DNA of 64,000 nucleotides, taken from a candidate division Hyd24-12 bacterium UBA6080. GTDB taxonomy: Bacteria; Fermentibacterota; Fermentibacteria; Fermentibacterales; JCC-6. The stretch spans positions 245,659 through 309,658 of the forward strand of contig DIXM01000002.1 of assembly GCA_002436025.1 (NCBI GenBank), written 5' to 3'. Under the pieces are notes generated by a model, which had not been told where the DNA came from, searched no databases, and worked only from the letters and a program-made list of their open reading frames with translations. Of this stretch, positions 11,401 to 18,772 are shown in pieces. Position 1 is the first letter of the stretch, and each line of letters begins with the position of its first letter. Both the position numbers and the translations under genes were made by a program.

Positions 11401-13185
11401 GGCGATGCGGTGTCAACCTACGACATCGTGCCCGGCTCACTGCTCAATGTGACAGAAGACCAGCAGGTGGAGCGGGACGATCTGATCTGCAAGAGCGATC
11501 CGTTCATCATCCCCATCGTGAGTGAACACAACGGGTCGGTCCACTACGTCGACATCGAGGAAGAGATCACCCTCAGGGAGGAGATCGACAGCGAGCAGCG
11601 CAGACAGATGGTGATCGTGGAGGACCGCAGCCGTACTCTTCACCCTCACCTCTTCATCCTTCCGGAGCACATCGTTGTGCTAAGCGGAAGACCCCAGCGG
11701 AGGGACCGGGAACTCCGCACCATGCACGACCTCCTGAAAGAGGCTGATTCCTCCACGGGCCGGATCGTTTTCACCTACCGCGACCTCGGCTCGGTCAGGA
11801 ACACCTCCCTCCTTGAGGACTTCGTAGCTTCCAGGGACGAGAAGATCCCGCATGTAGGCGTTGACTGCAGAAGGGTTCACACCGGCAGTTACGCCGCCTT
11901 CGTTGATGCCATCAACCTCATTGAGCCCCTGGGCAAGAAGAGCGGTGGCGAACTCTGGAAAAACCTCAGGACCGCCATGGACAACCTTGCAGAGGCCTCA
12001 TCCAGGAACAATGAAGAGATGGAGACCCATTTCATCAGCGCCCTCCTCGAGTTCAGCAAAAAGGTTCCCATGGTGCTCTCCGTCGCCGACCTCAACAGGG
12101 GCCACACGGGCACCCGGAAACTGGTGTCGATGCTCTGCGAGTCGATCGATCAGGGCAGGATACTCTTCATCGCCAGTTTCTCCCGCAGGGGTCTTCGAAG
12201 CCACACCGTGGCCCGGGGCCGGCAGCGTACTCAGGACCAGGACCCGGTTGAAGAGTTCATCAAGGACAACGTCCTCGGCGTCTACCCCATCCCCAGCGGG
12301 GCTCACCTGCGCGTGGAGGACGGCGCCCTGATCAAGATGGGCGTTCACCTGGCCAGGATAGAGAGAAGGCTCGGTCAGCAGAGGGACATCACCGGCGGCC
12401 TTCCCCGGGTGGAGGAACTCGTGGAAGCGAGATGCCCTCTGGATGCAGCGGCGATCGCGGAGATAAGCGGTATGATCGGTCTCAGTTCGATCAAGGCCGC
12501 CATGCGCACCGTGACGATCCGGGGCGACCAGGGTCAGGAATCCTCCCTCAAGATCCAGGCTTCGAAGCACATCAGGGTGCGCGAGGCGGATCATGTCGAG
12601 GCAGGCGACAAACTCACCGAGGGCCCGCTCGATCCCCACGACATCCTGAGGGTGAGGGGAACCGAGGCGGTGGAGGATTACCTCCTCAACGAGATTCAGG
12701 AAGTCTACAGGCTTCAGGGAGTGAAGATCAACGACAAGCATGTGGGCATCGTCGTGCGCCAGATGCTTTCGAAGGCCAAGATCGAGGACCCGGGCGACAC
12801 CAGGTTCCTCGAAGGCTCCCAGGTGGACAGACTCGATCTCAACCGTCACAACATGGAAGTGATGAGGCAGGGCAAGAGGCCTGCCACGAGTGACGTTCTG
12901 CTGCTGGGCATCACCAAGGCATCCCTCGCAACCGACAGTTTCCTTTCGGCGGCATCATTCCAGGAGACGAACACAGTCCTCGCTGATGCAGCCGTTCAGG
13001 CCAAGGTCGATCCTCTGCTGGGTCTGAAGGAAAACGTCATTGTCGGTCACCTCATTCCAGCGGGAACCGGTTTGCCTCTGTACAGGAACGTGAGGCTTTT
13101 CCTGCCCGACGGCGGCGCACTGCCGGAGCCGGTCAGGCTTGAGCCTGAAGAAGATACGCTTGACAATTTCCATTTCGATGCGTAA
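8413..13185 (+). CDS. rpoC: DNA-directed RNA polymerase subunit beta' (long form, about 1590 aa)
   Basis: ATG at 8413, 2 nt after the rpoB stop. Zinc-binding CxC...CxxC N-terminus. NADFDGD catalytic motif. The ORF-track start at 8380 overlaps rpoB and was rejected. Confidence 0.95.
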   Translation: MHSNPSPRDVNAFPTDFRGIRISLASPDTIRNWSHGEVTKAETINYRSYKPEPDGLFCERIFGPEKDWECACGRYKRIRYRGVKCDRCGVEVTMSKVRRSRMGHIDLAVPVCHIWYYKNRQISKLLDITNIDLERVLYYESYIVVASDHPQLRPGTVLGDEEYYAAKETYGKDTFKVGMGAEAIANLLAGLDLEELAAMLRTSIANETTLSRRQKNVKRLKEVVAFTNSRAENRPEWMILRILPVLPPGLRPLVPLDGGRFASSDLNDLYRRVINRNNRLKRLLDLQAPDVILRNEKRMLQEAVDAVLDNSSRRKPVKGAGMRPLRSLSDLLKGKRGRFRQNLLGKRVDYSGRSVIVVGPELKLHQCGLPKTMALELFKPFVVARWEKKYGCGVKMAQKKVEERPEEVWAILEKVIRNHPVLINRAPTLHRLGIQAFEPVLVEGLAIRLHPLSCAAFNADFDGDQMAVHVPLSAEAQVEARMLMLGSRNILKPASGEPVVTPSHDMVIGVYYLTKPMVAAKGEGMVFSGREEVIGALDAGKVDYHAKIKIRGVNRIGETGNDGEMRKPTYWKDYTTPGQVVFNGIVPEGMGYIMANGQIPHEKVFGKKGLSSMVSRCHHNEGAVACAVFLDNLKSLGFHYSTISGLTVGMRDMIIPDMKTEIVSEGRRLVAEVEERAGKGELTEAERYNRIIDIWSKATEDVKKSMMDVLERDKHGFNPIFMMAHSGARGSVDQVRQLAGMRGLMSKPKKKLSGELGETIETPILSSLKEGLSVIEYSISTHGSRKGLADTALKTADAGYLTRRLVDVCQDVVITIEDCGTIRGRNISALKEGEEILEPLRDRIVGRVTAEDVFDPIGDEIILEAGREVTAEHALRIEEKGIETVRIRSVLTCEAEHGLCARCYGWDLSRNRMVTRGEAVGVIAAQSIGEPGTQLTLRTFHTGGVAGREAKETEVRARRAGKVSFRNIHIVEGSDESGKVNRIATRNGQIVILDESGDAVSTYDIVPGSLLNVTEDQQVERDDLICKSDPFIIPIVSEHNGSVHYVDIEEEITLREEIDSEQRRQMVIVEDRSRTLHPHLFILPEHIVVLSGRPQRRDRELRTMHDLLKEADSSTGRIVFTYRDLGSVRNTSLLEDFVASRDEKIPHVGVDCRRVHTGSYAAFVDAINLIEPLGKKSGGELWKNLRTAMDNLAEASSRNNEEMETHFISALLEFSKKVPMVLSVADLNRGHTGTRKLVSMLCESIDQGRILFIASFSRRGLRSHTVARGRQRTQDQDPVEEFIKDNVLGVYPIPSGAHLRVEDGALIKMGVHLARIERRLGQQRDITGGLPRVEELVEARCPLDAAAIAEISGMIGLSSIKAAMRTVTIRGDQGQESSLKIQASKHIRVREADHVEAGDKLTEGPLDPHDILRVRGTEAVEDYLLNEIQEVYRLQGVKINDKHVGIVVRQMLSKAKIEDPGDTRFLEGSQVDRLDLNRHNMEVMRQGKRPATSDVLLLGITKASLATDSFLSAASFQETNTVLADAAVQAKVDPLLGLKENVIVGHLIPAGTGLPLYRNVRLFLPDGGALPEPVRLEPEEDTLDNFHFDA

Positions 13186-13187
13186 AC
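13159..13187 (+). promoter_or_regulatory. Candidate sigma70-type promoter for rpsL-rpsG, embedded in the last codons of rpoC
   Basis: TTGACA - 17 nt - TAAACT, immediately before the rpoC stop. Followed by a 7-bp hairpin (CTGTTCC/GGAACAG, 13191-13213). Confidence 0.3.
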
Positions 13188-13241
13188 TTGCTGTTCCGCC
13201 AATGAAGGAACAGACGCTGTAAGGTTCTGAAAGGAGAGAAT

Positions 13242-13613
13242 TTGCCCACGATCAACCAACTGGTGCGGTCAGGGAGAAGCAAGCAGAAGGCCAACACAAA
13301 GGCTCCCGCGCTTACCTCCTGCCCTCAGAAAAAGGGCATCTGCACCCGTGTGTATACATCAACGCCCAAAAAGCCCAACTCCGCCCTCAGAAAAGTGGCC
13401 AGGGTCAGGCTTCGCAACGGTTATGAAGTAACAGCCTACATTCCCGGCGAGGGGCACAACCTCAACGAGCACTCCGTGGTTCTCGTCCGCGGGGGCAGGG
13501 TCAAGGACCTTCCCGGCGTGCGCTATCACATCATCCGCGGTGTTGAAGACGCCAGCGGCGTGAGCGGTCGCAAGCAGAGCAGGTCCAAGTACGGGACGAA
13601 GAAGGAAGCGTAG
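13242..13613 (+). CDS. rpsL: 30S ribosomal protein S12
   Basis: TTG start after [14 protein letters not shown]...[11 protein letters not shown] is the S12 signature. Confidence 0.92.
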   Translation: MPTINQLVRSGRSKQKANTKAPALTSCPQKKGICTRVYTSTPKKPNSALRKVARVRLRNGYEVTAYIPGEGHNLNEHSVVLVRGGRVKDLPGVRYHIIRGVEDASGVSGRKQSRSKYGTKKEA

Positions 13614-13618
13614 GCGTC

Positions 13619-14086
13619 ATGAGAAGAAACAGACCGAAAAGGCGTGAGATACTTCCTGACAGGAAGTACGGAAACCTGGTGATCGCCAAGTTCATAAACA
13701 ACATCATGCACCAGGGCAAACGCTCAGTTGCCGAGGGCGTGGTATACGACGCTTTCGACATGATATCCGAAAAAACTGGTCAGGACCCCGTGGCCGTCTT
13801 CAACAAGGCCATGAACAACGTCCGCCCCACCCTCAAGGTGAAATCCAGGAGGGTTGGCGGTTCAACCTACCAGGTGCCCGTCGAGGTCAAGCAGAGCGAG
13901 CGCGACGCCCTGGCAATGCGCTGGATAATCAGCTACTCCAGGGGCCGCAAGGGGCGCAGCATGGCCCAAAGACTGGCCCAGGAGTTCATCGAGGCCTCCC
14001 AGGGCGAGGGCAACAGCGTCAAGAAGCGGGAAGACACCCACAAGATGGCCGAAGCCAACAAGGCTTTCGCCCACTACCGCTGGTAA
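13619..14086 (+). CDS. rpsG: 30S ribosomal protein S7
   Basis: 155 aa S7-like (MRRNRPKRREILPDRKYGN...). Confidence 0.92.
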   Translation: MRRNRPKRREILPDRKYGNLVIAKFINNIMHQGKRSVAEGVVYDAFDMISEKTGQDPVAVFNKAMNNVRPTLKVKSRRVGGSTYQVPVEVKQSERDALAMRWIISYSRGRKGRSMAQRLAQEFIEASQGEGNSVKKREDTHKMAEANKAFAHYRW

Positions 14087-14089
14087 TAA

Positions 14090-14161
14090 TTGGGGGACAC
14101 AATACTTGATTATCCGAAACGATGCGGGTCAAACTGGATAAGTAAGTTTTGTGTCCCCCAA
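14090..14161 (+). repeat. Palindromic repeat element copy A (72 nt)
   Basis: 13-bp perfect terminal stems TTGGGGGACACAA / TTGTGTCCCCCAA around a 46-nt interior. The conserved 5' motif TTGGGGGACACAATACTTGATTATCCGA recurs at 15049 and, inverted, at 16257. Starts 3 nt after the rpsG stop. Confidence 0.65.
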
Positions 14162-14177
14162 AATCCAAAAACCAAAA

Positions 14178-14564
14178 TCATTCCTCGAACACTCCATCGA
14201 CGAACTGCCCGTGATTCCTCCAGCAGTTCGCGTTCCATCCCCGAAGGCTGAACGTGTCCCTCTCTCTGCCCATGATACGGTATCTGTACTCGATGCCGGT
14301 CCTGGGGCAGACCAGACCTGCATGAACGTATCCTGAGATTGTGTTCAGCTTCTTCCAGCCGTTCCCCGGGGGATACTGATTGTGCTCTGCAAGGTAGAGT
14401 TGAAGCGCGCCCGCTATGGTTCTCAGATTCGACCTGCAGGAAGCAAGCTTTGCGCTTTCCGAAACGTCCCTGAATTTGGGAATGGCGATGGCGGACAGTA
14501 TTCCCAGTATCACCACCACTATCATGAGTTCGATGAGTGTGAAGCCCTTGTTGGAATCCTTCAC
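14178..14564 (-). CDS. Prepilin-type N-terminal cleavage/methylation domain protein (type IV pilin / T2SS pseudopilin-like)
   Basis: N-terminus MKDSNKGFTLIELMIVVVILGILSAIAIP is the class III signal with G|FTLIE. GTG start in a GTGA overlap with the upstream gene's stop. Confidence 0.75.
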   Translation of the reverse strand: MKDSNKGFTLIELMIVVVILGILSAIAIPKFRDVSESAKLASCRSNLRTIAGALQLYLAEHNQYPPGNGWKKLNTISGYVHAGLVCPRTGIEYRYRIMGRERDTFSLRGWNANCWRNHGQFVDGVFEE

Positions 14565-14965
14565 AGCTCACCTGCCTTGAAGGCTTCGATCTCCATGTCG
14601 GAAGTGTAATAGAGTCCGCCCGGGGTTCGAAGCGACCATTCATCGTCGTACTCCAGTTCGAACACGAAACCCGACGGAAGGTCAAGATCGGGTGCCAGGG
14701 GCATGGTATCGGTCAATGCCCGCCAATCCTGAACCCTCATGAAAACCGCAGCGACAGAATCCCTTTCCGCCTGCTCCAAAGGGGGCGGGGAGCCTACAAA
14801 ACCGCTGCCTTCAGGCTGATACAGCAGGACAACGATGATCAGAAGCGCACCCGCCGCGCCAAAGACCAGAATGCCGGAGCCTTTCTTCCGCTTTTCCTTC
14901 GGCGGGGCCTTCTCCTCGTAGACGATGTCCATGTCCAGCTCAAGGGGTTTCTGAGTGTTCGTCAT
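14561..14965 (-). CDS. Hypothetical membrane protein (co-transcribed with pilin)
   Basis: Start chosen at the ATG (MTNTQKP...) preceded by GGAGGAG; the ORF track's GTG at 14992 is upstream of it. One predicted TM segment (ILVFGAAGALLIIVVLLY). Confidence 0.5.
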   Translation of the reverse strand: MTNTQKPLELDMDIVYEEKAPPKEKRKKGSGILVFGAAGALLIIVVLLYQPEGSGFVGSPPPLEQAERDSVAAVFMRVQDWRALTDTMPLAPDLDLPSGFVFELEYDDEWSLRTPGGLYYTSDMEIEAFKAGEL

Positions 14966-15048
14966 GCCGGTCTCCTCCAGTAAGAGATTCACTCATCCCA
15001 ATCCCTGATTATCAAAAGAACTCCCACGGTTGCAAAGGGGTGGGTAAC

Positions 15049-15144
15049 TGGGGGACACAATACTAAATTATCCGATGGGAAAAATCTGAATCTTCAGGGT
15101 AGTTCAATGCAAACCTGCGGTTTTTACAGGTTTGTGTCCCCCCA
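15049..15144 (+). repeat. Palindromic repeat element copy B (96 nt)
   Basis: TGGGGGACACAATACTAAATTATCCGA...TTGTGTCCCCCCA with 12-bp perfect terminal stems. Lies in the divergent region between the minus-strand pilin operon and the plus-strand genes. Confidence 0.65.
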
Positions 15145-15160
15145 TTCCCTTGGAGGCCTT

Positions 15161-15861
15161 TTGAGACACTTCACATTGGCCCTCATCCTTCTTACGAAAT
15201 GGTCAGCTTATGGAGCAGATTCCGCATTATTCCGTTTCATCGGCTTTTCCACCGATGGAGTTTTTTCGCCTGGGAGCAGTACGGCGTACAGGACGGCAGC
15301 GGTTTTCCGTGGAGCACGGTGACCATCCAGTCGACTGCTGACGGATCAGTCATCCATGAGTTCAGCGTCGTCCTGGAAGACGGGTTCAAGGGAGAAGGCG
15401 ACCCCGGGGGGGAGAGTATGCGGCTGGCACACGAGGCTCTCCTCTGCCTGTCCGGCGGAAGCTGGGACAGGGGTTCGCTGCTCGTTCACCATCCCCCCAC
15501 AGACATGACGTTCGGGGGAAGCCAGGTGACCTTCTGCACGACTTACTACTCCCCCTCATACTACATCGGTGACTACACACTCGACCTTGTTACCGTGGAG
15601 ATTCCCGGGACTGAGATGGAGGAGTACTGGGGGTTCCCACCGCTTTCGTTGTCCGTGGTGTTTTCCGATAACATCACAGGTCTCACCCGAACGGTGATGG
15701 ATACATCCGACAGGACCGGCAACCTCCAATGGGTGTTCGGTTACGGCATACAGGACGTCTGGTGCATTGGGGACTCGGTCTTTGCTGCTGCCATCCAGTG
15801 CGTATCCATAGGTTTCGAAGGACCTGACCTGCGGTACCTGATGACGGGCTGGACGATTTGA
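15161..15861 (+). CDS. Hypothetical secreted protein; reading frame interrupted at a T6 tract (15261-15266)
   Basis: TTG start after GGAGG encodes a signal-peptide-like MRHFTLALILLTKWSAYGADSALF... in the frame of ORF 15107..15322. The long body continues in the frame of ORF 15199..15861. One extra T in the T6 run would join them into about 233 aa. Confidence 0.45.
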
Positions 15862-15885
15862 CCGGTCACATCGTGAGGAGGAACG

Positions 15886-16203
15886 ATGTCTTCTGAGAAA
15901 GCCTTCACCTGCAGCCAGTGCGGGGCCCCCGAACTGGAACGGTCGGGGGAGGGAAAGCTGCGATGCCCATATTGCGGCAGCCTCTACAGCTTTTCAGTGC
16001 GGGGTCCGACCGTTGTGATCCGAAAGGGAGCAAACGTCATCATTGGCAAAAAAGCAAAAGTTACGATAAGAGGCGGGGTGGAGATCCACGAAGGCGCCCG
16101 GGTCAAGATTGACGGAGAGGTGACACTTCTGGAAAGGGCGCCCGAAGAGGCCATCAGCGCCGCCAGACTGAGGCTGCGAGCAACGGGCAAAGACGAAACT
16201 TAA
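15886..16203 (+). CDS. Small zinc-ribbon protein with bactofilin-like beta-helical repeat segment
   Basis: GAGGAGG RBS. CSQCG...CPYCG zinc ribbon. Then VVIRKGANVIIGKKAKVTIRGGVEIHEGARVKIDGEVTLL, an alternating hydrophobic/Gly pattern as in bactofilin DUF583. Confidence 0.6.
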   Translation: MSSEKAFTCSQCGAPELERSGEGKLRCPYCGSLYSFSVRGPTVVIRKGANVIIGKKAKVTIRGGVEIHEGARVKIDGEVTLLERAPEEAISAARLRLRATGKDET

Positions 16204-16215
16204 GATATCTAAACT

Positions 16216-16249
16216 GAAGGTTCATTTTTCTTTAAAAAATGAGGCCTTC
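16216..16249. terminator. AT-rich palindromic hairpin between convergent genes
   Basis: GAAGG...CCTTC stem around the near-palindrome CATTTTTCTTTAAAAAATG. A striking AT island in GC-rich DNA. Confidence 0.3.
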
Positions 16250-16256
16250 GGTGCAA

Positions 16257-16285
16257 GATAATTTAGTATGGTGTCCCCCAATTTA
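16257..16285 (-). repeat. Repeat copy C (inverted, left-arm motif only)
   Basis: The reverse complement reads AATTGGGGGACACCATACTAAATTATC, about 24/27 identity to copies A and B. No partner arm. Abuts the stop codon of the MFS gene. Confidence 0.6.
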
Positions 16286-17464
16286 TTCCTTGATCGGCTT
16301 CAGGGTGAAACCAATGATGGCAGCCACGAAGCACAGGGCCGCGGCGGTATAGTAGGCTGCGGTGTAGCCGCCGGTAGAGTCGAGTATCCTTCCCGCCATC
16401 ATGGGGCCGATCTGCCCGCCCACACCCCACGCTGTGAAAAGAACTCCGTAGTTCAACCCCATGTTTTTCGTGCCGTAGAAATCACCGACCGCGGAGGGGT
16501 AGACGGAAAGCATGGCGCCGTAGGCGAAGGTGACGACCATCGCGCCGAAAAGGATGGATGCGAAGCTCCCGAAGCTTGCGAAGAAAAGAAGGACAGTACC
16601 CTGGGCGAGGTAGAGGATCATCATGGTCTTCGCCCGTCCCAGTTTGTCCGAGATGGTTCCCGCAATGGGCCGGCCAAGGGCGTTGCTTATTGCCATGAAG
16701 GCCACCAGCAGAAAGCCGAAGTTCCGGCCGGTCTGCACGCTGGCGATCGTTGAAAGGTGGCCGATGATCATCAGACCGGCCAGCGCCCCCGCGACGAACA
16801 TCACCCAGAGCTGGTAGAACTGCCGTGTGCGTATCATCTGTTTCCAGTCGTAGTCACGTACCGAGACCCTGGCCTGCCGTCCGGCAGCCTGCACCTGCTT
16901 TTCGGGGTTCTTTAGGGTCTGGGCGAGTCCCACCACCACCAGGAAGAAGCCCGCTCCGAGAATCCGGAAGGAGTTGAAGATCGTGTAGTTCTGTATCAGG
17001 TAGTTGGTGAGGGGCGCGATGTAGATGGTTGCCGCGCCGAACCCTCCCACCACCATGCCCGAGATCAGCCCCTTGCGCTCAGGTGGGAACCACTTTATGG
17101 CGACGGGGGTCGTGGCCGAGTAACCAAGACCGATTCCCGACCCCGCCATGATACCGAAGCACAGCACAAGCCCCGGAACGGTCTGGAAGAAACTGGCCAG
17201 AACCATGCCTCCCCCCACCAGTATCCCGGCCAGCGTCACTACGACCCTGGGGCCGTACTTGTCCTGAAGACGGCCACCGAAGATCATCATGACGGCGAAC
17301 ATTGCCACAGCCATCGTGTAGGGCAGCGAAGCCTGGGTGCTGCTCCATCCAAGCGATTCCCGCAGGTTGGCGGCGAAGATGCTCCAGGCGTAGAGAACTC
17401 CGAAGGAAAGGTTGATGCCCATTCCGGCCAGGACGATGGTCCATGCCCTTTTGTTCCTGTTCAT
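16283..17464 (-). CDS. MFS transporter, oxalate/formate antiporter (OFA) family-like
   Basis: 393 aa with 12 predicted TM helices. OFA-like motifs. Confidence 0.8.
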   Translation of the reverse strand: MNRNKRAWTIVLAGMGINLSFGVLYAWSIFAANLRESLGWSSTQASLPYTMAVAMFAVMMIFGGRLQDKYGPRVVVTLAGILVGGGMVLASFFQTVPGLVLCFGIMAGSGIGLGYSATTPVAIKWFPPERKGLISGMVVGGFGAATIYIAPLTNYLIQNYTIFNSFRILGAGFFLVVVGLAQTLKNPEKQVQAAGRQARVSVRDYDWKQMIRTRQFYQLWVMFVAGALAGLMIIGHLSTIASVQTGRNFGFLLVAFMAISNALGRPIAGTISDKLGRAKTMMILYLAQGTVLLFFASFGSFASILFGAMVVTFAYGAMLSVYPSAVGDFYGTKNMGLNYGVLFTAWGVGGQIGPMMAGRILDSTGGYTAAYYTAAALCFVAAIIGFTLKPIKE

Positions 17465-17535
17465 ATGCGGAAGCCCCCCTGTTGAATTTAGCCCGGATTA
17501 TAGCTGGATTGGCTGTTCTTAACAAAACCCGGCTA

Positions 17536-18765
17536 TCAGTGCTTTCCCGCCCGAATGCCTGAAGCTGCCGCCACTGCGGAAGAGAATGCCCACTGGATGT
17601 TGTAACCGCCGGTATCGCCGTCCACATCGAGGACTTCCCCCGCGAAGAAAAGACCCGGGGTGATCCTGGATTCCATGCTCTTCCGGTTGACCTCGTCCCG
17701 GGTCACGCCTCCCGCTGTTGCCATTGCGACATTGAAGCCGCCCTTTTTCGCAACCTTGACGGGAAATGCCGTTACCAGACCGAGTATCTTCATTCGATCG
17801 GTCCTTCCGATCTCTCCTCCCTTGCGGGACGGAACGATACCCGCCTTTTCGAGAACGGTGTCCGCGAGCCGTTCGGGAATGCCAAGGCCTTTCACGATGG
17901 TTCTGACCGCCTTCTTTCCCCCGGCCTGAAGGGCGGCGATAAGGCTGATTTCGACTTCTCCCGCAGGTTTGTCCGTAAGCGCCACCGAAAGCCTGTCACC
18001 ATCCCTGATGTGCCTGCTGAGGTCCAGTATTCCGGGTCCCGAAAGCCCAGCTCCGGTGAAGAGAACGTCGCCCCTGGCTGAAATCGTCCTCCCGTCGGCC
18101 TTATGAAGGGAGATCGCCGGGTTTTTGACTGATATGCCGGCAAGCCCTGCGGGAAAAGGTTCCTCCGCCGTTATGTGTGTGAGGGAGGGGGTGATGTCGG
18201 TTACGGTATGGCCCAGCGAAACCGCCAGATCGAACCCGTCACCTGCTGAGCCGGTGTCGGGGTAGGAGCACCCGCCCGTGGCTATGACCAGGTAATCGGA
18301 TGAGAACACCGCTGCACCAGTGGTGACGGTGAAACCGCCCTCCTCCCTTGAAACCGCTTCGACCTGTGAGTCGAACACCATCCTTACGCCCTTCCCGGCA
18401 CACCGCCCAAGAAGAAGCGCGAGGATGTCGGATGCCCTCATTCCCGCAGGGAACAGCTTGCCGTCCTCCCGGGCGAAGGTCTTTACGCCGCCGTTCTCGA
18501 GAAAGGCGCACAGGTCTTTGTTGGTGAAGGCCAGAAGGGCTGGTTTGACGAAATTGGCTGCTCCACCGTAGTGCCCGGTGAATTCACTGATCGGACCGGT
18601 CCGGCTGAAATTGCACTGCCCCGACCCCGAAAGCAGCAGCTTTCTGCCGGGACTTCCGTTCTTCTCAAGCAGGAGCACATCATCCCTGTTCGTGCATGCG
18701 TTCAGGGCACAGAACAGTCCTGCGGGACCTGCCCCGATGACAATGGTCTTGTATCTGGAGAGCAT
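17536..18765 (-). CDS. HI0933/BaiN-like NAD(P)/FAD-dependent oxidoreductase (aminoacetone oxidase family flavoprotein)
   Basis: Start set at the internal ATG giving MLSRYKTIVIGAGPAGLF (Rossmann GxGxxG). LLLEKNGSPGRKLLLSGSGQCNFS is typical of the HI0933 family. Confidence 0.8.
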   Translation of the reverse strand: MLSRYKTIVIGAGPAGLFCALNACTNRDDVLLLEKNGSPGRKLLLSGSGQCNFSRTGPISEFTGHYGGAANFVKPALLAFTNKDLCAFLENGGVKTFAREDGKLFPAGMRASDILALLLGRCAGKGVRMVFDSQVEAVSREEGGFTVTTGAAVFSSDYLVIATGGCSYPDTGSAGDGFDLAVSLGHTVTDITPSLTHITAEEPFPAGLAGISVKNPAISLHKADGRTISARGDVLFTGAGLSGPGILDLSRHIRDGDRLSVALTDKPAGEVEISLIAALQAGGKKAVRTIVKGLGIPERLADTVLEKAGIVPSRKGGEIGRTDRMKILGLVTAFPVKVAKKGGFNVAMATAGGVTRDEVNRKSMESRITPGLFFAGEVLDVDGDTGGYNIQWAFSSAVAAASGIRAGKH

Positions 18766-18772
18766 GAGCGGC

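Noticed and set aside
14090-16285. Integron attC-site interpretation of the three repeats
   Set aside because: There is no intI or attI nearby. The termini lack the GTTRRRY / RYYYAAC core sites. The two cassettes are in opposite orientations, which is unlike integron arrays.
14090-16285. CRISPR-array interpretation of the three repeats
   Set aside because: Only three copies. They are 27-96 nt long with 0.9-1.1 kb protein-coding spacers, one copy is inverted, and there are no cas genes.
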